This document shows positions 27,773 to 32,000 of a DNA stretch of 32,000 bases, in pieces (positions within the stretch are counted from its first letter, which is position 1; each line of letters begins with the position of its first letter). A program made the position numbers and the translations under genes. The DNA comes from Candidatus Methylomirabilis oxygeniifera (GTDB lineage: Bacteria > Methylomirabilota > Methylomirabilia > Methylomirabilales > Methylomirabilaceae): NCBI GenBank assembly GCA_000091165.1, contig FP565575.1:2610001-2642000 (forward strand), in the 5' to 3' direction. The notes below the pieces were generated by a model that saw only the letters and a program-made list of their open reading frames with translations, was not told the origin of the DNA and did no database searches.

Positions 27773-28624
27773 ATGGTCGCCATGGCCATGCGCTCGCACG
27801 CGCAGCTCAAGGCACTCCTGGATGAGTTGTATCACCGCTATAGTCGGCCTGCCTTTCTCTCAACCGACCCTATCAGCATTCCCCATGAATATCGTTGCCC
27901 GGACGACCGCGAGATCGCAGCCTTCGTCGCCGCCTCTCTTGCCTATGGCAACGTCAAGCAGATCCACCGCAGCGCTACGGCCGCGCTCGAGGCGATGGGG
28001 AAGAGCCCGGCCCGGTTCATCCGGCGATTCGATCCAGCCCGGGATCCGGCGCGGCTCCGACACGTTGTCCACCGTTTCAACTCGGGTGTCGATCTGGCGA
28101 TTCTCTGCTATCTCCTCTGTCAGGCGATTGCAACAGCAGGATCGCTTCAGGCCTTCTTTCTCAAAGGGCATGATCCCGTTCACGACGATATCGAGCCTGC
28201 CCTGACCAGCTTTGTTGAGCGGATGCTGTCGCTGGATGTCTCGCCGTTCTACCCTTCCGGCATACTTCCGGCAAAGGCCGGCGTCCGCTTCTTTTTCCCC
28301 TCGCCGGCGGGAGGGTCAGCCTGCAAGCGTCTCAATCTATTCTTGCGCTGGATGGTGCGTCGCGACGATGCGATCGATTTCGGGCTCTGGACAGAGGTCT
28401 CACCGGCGAAGCTGATCGTACCCCTCGATACGCATGTCGCGCGGATCGCGCGACAACTCGGCCTGACCAGGATCAAGCAGGCCAACTGGCGAATGGCCAC
28501 AGAGGTGACGCGACGGCTCCGAGCGTTCGATCCAGAGGATCCCGTAAAGTACGACTTCGCCCTCTGCCGCCTCGGTATCCTGAAGCAGCCGATCCCAGAC
28601 CACCGCCAAGCCCGGTTAACCTGA
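27773..28624 (+). CDS. TIGR02757/DUF2400 family protein (HhH-GPD-like)
   Basis: DREIAAFVAASLAYGNVKQI, KRLNLFLRWMVRRDDAIDFGLWTEVSPAKLIVPLDTHVARIARQLGL, DPVKYDFALCRLGI. Start codon directly abuts the previous stop. Confidence 0.88.
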   Translation: MVAMAMRSHAQLKALLDELYHRYSRPAFLSTDPISIPHEYRCPDDREIAAFVAASLAYGNVKQIHRSATAALEAMGKSPARFIRRFDPARDPARLRHVVHRFNSGVDLAILCYLLCQAIATAGSLQAFFLKGHDPVHDDIEPALTSFVERMLSLDVSPFYPSGILPAKAGVRFFFPSPAGGSACKRLNLFLRWMVRRDDAIDFGLWTEVSPAKLIVPLDTHVARIARQLGLTRIKQANWRMATEVTRRLRAFDPEDPVKYDFALCRLGILKQPIPDHRQARLT

Positions 28625-28730
28625 CAGGTGTGAATAGGCTGTGAGATGCAGGCTCTAGTGGGCGCCGAATAACGCTTGACCACCGGATGAATATGTCGTA
28701 CGGTATGACGTACGATTTCTGCTCTAGTCC

Positions 28731-28794
28731 GTCATTCCGTGCTTGACACGGAATCCAGTCGGGTTCTCTGGATACCGGCTTTCGCCGGCATGAC
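28731..28794. repeat. Dispersed palindromic repeat, short copy
   Basis: gtcattccgtgcttgacacggaatccag ... ctggataccggctttcgccggcatgac. Confidence 0.75.
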
Positions 28795-28847
28795 AAACTT
28801 GCGGTAAGCCGCAAAGAATCGATTCTCTACAGATTGAAAGGACCGAT

Positions 28848-29090
28848 ATGACCAGCATCACAGCTACTGAGGCTCGAAAAAGACTGTACGCGCTCCTGGA
28901 CGATGTCGCCGATTCCCATGAACCCATCCAGATCGCCGGCAAGCGCCATTCCGCAGTGCTCGTGTCGGAAGCCGACTGGCGCGCCATCCAGGAGACGCTG
29001 TACCTGGATGCCATCCCAGGAATGCGCGCCTCGATTCGCAAGGGCTTGAAAACCCCCGTCGAGAAGTGTCACGAGGAGCTTGATTGGTAA
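28848..29090 (+). CDS. Type II antitoxin, Phd/YefM family
   Basis: MTSITATEARKRLYALLDDVADSHEPIQIAGKRHSAVLVSEADWRAIQETLYL. Confidence 0.93.
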   Translation: MTSITATEARKRLYALLDDVADSHEPIQIAGKRHSAVLVSEADWRAIQETLYLDAIPGMRASIRKGLKTPVEKCHEELDW

Positions 29091-29350
29091 GATGGAAGCT
29101 CGTCTATACCGGCCAGGCGAGGCGTGATGCCAAGAAGCTGGCGCGTTCGGGACTTAAACTGCAAGCTGAGCGCCTCCTAAAAATCCTCGAACGGAATCCC
29201 TACCAGAATCCGCCTCCATTCGAACGACTCGTTGGGGACCTTGCCGGCGCCTTATCTCGCAGGATCAGCATTCAACATAGGCTCGTGTACCAAGTGCTAA
29301 ACGACATCAAGACCGTCAAGATCATCCGTCTATGGACCCATTACGAATGA
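29084..29350 (+). CDS. Type II toxin, Txe/YoeB family endoribonuclease
   Basis: WKLVYTGQARRDAKKLARSGLKLQAERLLKILERNPYQNPPPFERLVGDLAGALSRRISIQHRLVYQV...VKIIRLWTHYE; overlaps antitoxin. Confidence 0.93.
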   Translation: MVRWKLVYTGQARRDAKKLARSGLKLQAERLLKILERNPYQNPPPFERLVGDLAGALSRRISIQHRLVYQVLNDIKTVKIIRLWTHYE

Positions 29351-29526
29351 CCCATCATCGTGCGTCGGCAATGACTGCGCCTGAAACATATTGGCAAGCT
29401 CCTCGAACGGCAGCATCGCTACAGACCTTGGAGTTCCAAGAACGTATTAGGCCGACCAGTCCAATATCGATAGCCTGACTAGGCTAATCGCTGGTTGAGC
29501 ACGTAACTGATAGATGTGGGGGAGTT

Positions 29527-30057
29527 ATGGCAGATCCTGTTAATGGTGGGGCTATAGGTGCGGAGAGCGGGAAGAGGGATATGAATGATGCTGACAAGAT
29601 ACCGTGCAACTGTTGCAGAGAGCTAATAACAAAATGGGCACCCGTGTGCTACCATTGCGGGAGAAATCAAAAACCTCTGATGCGCTATCTGACTGCGGCA
29701 CCCGTGATGATATCTCTCACTTTAGTAGTGTTATCATGGTTTCAATTCTCTGAAGCTAGGCGTCAAAGACAAAGTGCTGATGTAGCCCTTCTTAGAGCAG
29801 AGGCCACCGAGCGTAGGGAGGAACAAATAGCGAAAGCCACCAATGCAGCACTTGGTAGAGCCGAGGCCGCCGAGCGCTGTGTAACCAAAATCGCGAAAAC
29901 TGCGATTCCGATTTTTGAGTCTCTTTTAGAATCAAAAGGCACTTTCGGCACTTACTCGTCGAAGGAAATGGGGAAACTGCTAAAGCCATTTAAGAATGCA
30001 ATAACTGAATGCTCAGAAAGCCGAACCGGGCCTGTAGAGACTTTATTAAAGAATTGA
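29527..30057 (+). CDS. Hypothetical zinc-ribbon / single-TM / coiled-coil protein
   Basis: CNCC...CYHC cysteine pairs, then a hydrophobic segment YLTAAPVMISLTLVVLSWF, then an Ala/Glu/Arg-rich helical region. Confidence 0.55.
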   Translation: MADPVNGGAIGAESGKRDMNDADKIPCNCCRELITKWAPVCYHCGRNQKPLMRYLTAAPVMISLTLVVLSWFQFSEARRQRQSADVALLRAEATERREEQIAKATNAALGRAEAAERCVTKIAKTAIPIFESLLESKGTFGTYSSKEMGKLLKPFKNAITECSESRTGPVETLLKN

Positions 30058-30156
30058 CCTGCTGCGTGGTCCAGCTAATCGCGTGATTTTCACGTACTGG
30101 ATGACCTTGGTGTGGACCAAAGTGAAAGCCGAATCAGATTCTCTTATACCATACCC

Positions 30157-30888
30157 ATGAAACAGGATGACATATTGCGGAATCTTTCGGCGCGGGCCGG
30201 TCGGGCGGTGGCCCATTACTGGGCAACCAGGGCTGCCCAACGAGACAGGCAGAAGCAGACCGGAAAGGCCGATCAGGGGCTGCGCAGCGCTGTGACCGGC
30301 GGAGCGCAGATGGATGGATTCATTGACCTCTTCACCGAACTCATTACGGCCGCCGGGATACCTGCGCGGTACATCTTTCGGAGCAAGGACGTGGAGCTTC
30401 CGGGATTCTTCCGTCCCACCAAGGAATGGGACCTGCTCGTCATCCGCGAGAAAACGCTACTCATTGCCATTGAAGCTAAGTCACAGGTCGGACCGTCGTT
30501 CGGCAACAACTTCAACAACCGAACCGAGGAGGCGATGGGAAGCGCGCTCGACCTCTGGACCGCGTATCGGGAACATGCCTACCTCGCAAGTCCTCAACCG
30601 TTCCTCGGCTACTTCTTCATGTTGGAGGACTGCGATGCCTCCAACAACCCGGTGAAAGTGCGGGAACCGCACTTCAAGGTTTTTCCGGAGTTTGTCGGCG
30701 CGTCGTATTGTCGTCGGTACGAACTCTTCTGCCGAAAGCTTGTGCTTGAGCGATACTACACAACATCAGCGTTCATCACCTCGACGGCCAGCGACGGTAG
30801 CAGGGGCCTGTTTTCAACGCCGGCGGACGACCTCTCGCTTGAGCGTTTCGCCAAGATTCTTGTCGGCCATTTGGCGGCCTTTGTGTGA
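30157..30888 (+). CDS. Type II restriction endonuclease, XhoI/PaeR7I-like family
   Basis: PTKEWDLLVIREKTLLIAIEAKSQVGPSFGNNFNNRTEEAMGSALDLWTAYRE - PD-(D/E)xK-like D...ExK core and family signature SQVGPSFGNNFNNR; adjacent DNA methyltransferase. Confidence 0.85.
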   Translation: MKQDDILRNLSARAGRAVAHYWATRAAQRDRQKQTGKADQGLRSAVTGGAQMDGFIDLFTELITAAGIPARYIFRSKDVELPGFFRPTKEWDLLVIREKTLLIAIEAKSQVGPSFGNNFNNRTEEAMGSALDLWTAYREHAYLASPQPFLGYFFMLEDCDASNNPVKVREPHFKVFPEFVGASYCRRYELFCRKLVLERYYTTSAFITSTASDGSRGLFSTPADDLSLERFAKILVGHLAAFV

Positions 30889-30892
30889 CCAG

Positions 30893-31801
30893 ATGGGAAC
30901 AACGATGCACAGGCTGATCAACGGGGATTCGCGGGACCTCTCGTTCCTGCCGGACGCATCAGTCCATCTTATCGTCACGTCACCGCCGTACTGGAATCTC
31001 AAGCGGTATAACGAGAATCCGGACCAGCTTGGGCACATTCAGGAGTACGAAGCCTTCCTGTTTGAGTTGGAGAAGGTCTGGCGGCATGTCTACCGAATTC
31101 TCGTGCCCGGCGGTCGTTTAGTCTGCGTGGTCGGAGATGTGTGCGTTGCTCGGCGCGATTTTGGCCGGCACCTGGTTTTTCCACTGCATGCCGATATTTG
31201 CGTCGTATGCCGGCGGATCGGATTTGATAACTTAAACCCGATCATCTGGCACAAGATCGCTAACGCCTCCTATGAAGTTGAGAACGGGTCCAAGTTTCTT
31301 GGGAAGCCGTACGAGCCGAACGCCATCATCAAGAATGATATGGAATTCATCCTGATGCAGCGAAAACCCGGCGGGTACAGAAAGCCAACGAATCAACAGC
31401 GTGATGCAAGCCGAATCCGGAAAGATGACTTTGGCCAATGGTTTCAGCAGATATGGACTATCCCAGGCGCTTCGACTAAACAGCATCCCGCACCGTTCCC
31501 ATTGGAACTTGCCACCCGTCTGATTCGTATGTTCTCCTTCACGGGCGACACCGTCTTAGATCCTTTTTGCGGTTCCGGGACCACAATGATTGCGGCTCTG
31601 CGGACAGGCCGAAACAGCATCGGCGTTGAGATCGATCCGGAGTATTGCCGAATGGCTGCACGCTACCTCAAAGCTGAGGCCGGCGATCTTTTCTCGACCG
31701 TCCAGCTCCTGTTTGAAAAGACGGCCACCGAAACAGCGAGCCTTGTCAAGGAAGATCACGCTCTCTACGAAGTTCGACCAGCGAGGAAAAAACTCGAATA
31801 G
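30893..31801 (+). CDS. DNA methyltransferase (N4-cytosine/N6-adenine, beta-type motif order)
   Basis: Motif IV TSPPYWNLKRY near N-terminus, motif I DPFCGSGTTMIAALRTGRNSIGVEID near C-terminus. Starts 4 nt after the endonuclease stop (alternative ATG 30905). Confidence 0.9.
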   Translation: MGTTMHRLINGDSRDLSFLPDASVHLIVTSPPYWNLKRYNENPDQLGHIQEYEAFLFELEKVWRHVYRILVPGGRLVCVVGDVCVARRDFGRHLVFPLHADICVVCRRIGFDNLNPIIWHKIANASYEVENGSKFLGKPYEPNAIIKNDMEFILMQRKPGGYRKPTNQQRDASRIRKDDFGQWFQQIWTIPGASTKQHPAPFPLELATRLIRMFSFTGDTVLDPFCGSGTTMIAALRTGRNSIGVEIDPEYCRMAARYLKAEAGDLFSTVQLLFEKTATETASLVKEDHALYEVRPARKKLE

Positions 31802-31813
31802 GCCAACAAGCAC

Positions 31814-32000
31814 ATGCGGCGGGCGGTGGTGATGGCCGGGTTAACGCTCCAGGGCCAGGACGCTGAGTATTTCATTATGGAGCAGGCTGTTACTGGCTAC
31901 AATCTGTGGATTCGAAAGGACATATGGTCTGCCGCGAAGATCGGTGACCCGCCCGCCCGCCTCTGTTGCCATCAGCGAACCCGCCGCTATGTGCGGATAC
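31814..32000 (+). CDS. Possible partial ORF running off window edge
   Basis: Open frame MRRAVVMAGLTLQGQDAEYFIMEQAVTGYNLWIRKDIWSAAKIGDPPARL..., immediately downstream of the methyltransferase; no recognised domain. Confidence 0.25.
   Translation, partial: MRRAVVMAGLTLQGQDAEYFIMEQAVTGYNLWIRKDIWSAAKIGDPPARLCCHQRTRRYVRI

Noticed and set aside
1-32000. CRISPR arrays, tRNA or rRNA genes, IS elements
   Set aside because: Looked for regular direct repeats with spacers, tRNA-like cloverleafs and transposase ORFs; none recognised by eye. A tRNAscan/CRISPR-finder run would be decisive.

Overview
This 32 kb window looks like a chromosomal segment with mostly housekeeping and metabolic genes. From gene content and style it could be an NC10/Methylomirabilis-like bacterium, but that is inference. 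In order it carries: a 3'-truncated glnD (minus strand, absent from the ORF track because it runs off the edge); a CopD-like membrane protein and an alpha/beta hydrolase; an orphan sensor histidine kinase; a J-domain protein; a CbiX-like chelatase/Nudix fusion; pgeF (YfiH) and a YjbQ-family protein; a VapBC-like toxin-antitoxin pair; kdsB, an ABM-domain protein and an adenosine/adenine deaminase; an EgtB-like protein; an acyl-CoA dehydrogenase/CoA-transferase pair; a GlcF-like Fe-S protein; a TerC-family protein; a heme cluster (hemD-hemE fusion, hemH, hemG/hemY); a beta-propeller lipoprotein; ilvD; a DedA-family protein; a JAMM/MPN protease-like gene abutting a TIGR02757-like gene; a YefM/YoeB-like pair; an orphan zinc-ribbon/TM/coiled-coil protein; and an XhoI/PaeR7I-like restriction-modification module at the right edge. 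The most interesting signals are the two tetrapyrrole-related gene fusions, a family of degenerate low-complexity spacers that also appears in-frame inside two genes (including the HemD-HemE linker), three kinds of dispersed palindromic repeats, the right-edge R-M/TA accessory region, and a possible truncated SNF2-helicase start. I found no convincing wholly novel multi-gene system; the best candidates for new biology are the HemD-HemE and CbiX-Nudix fusions and the 27.2-31.9 kb accessory region.
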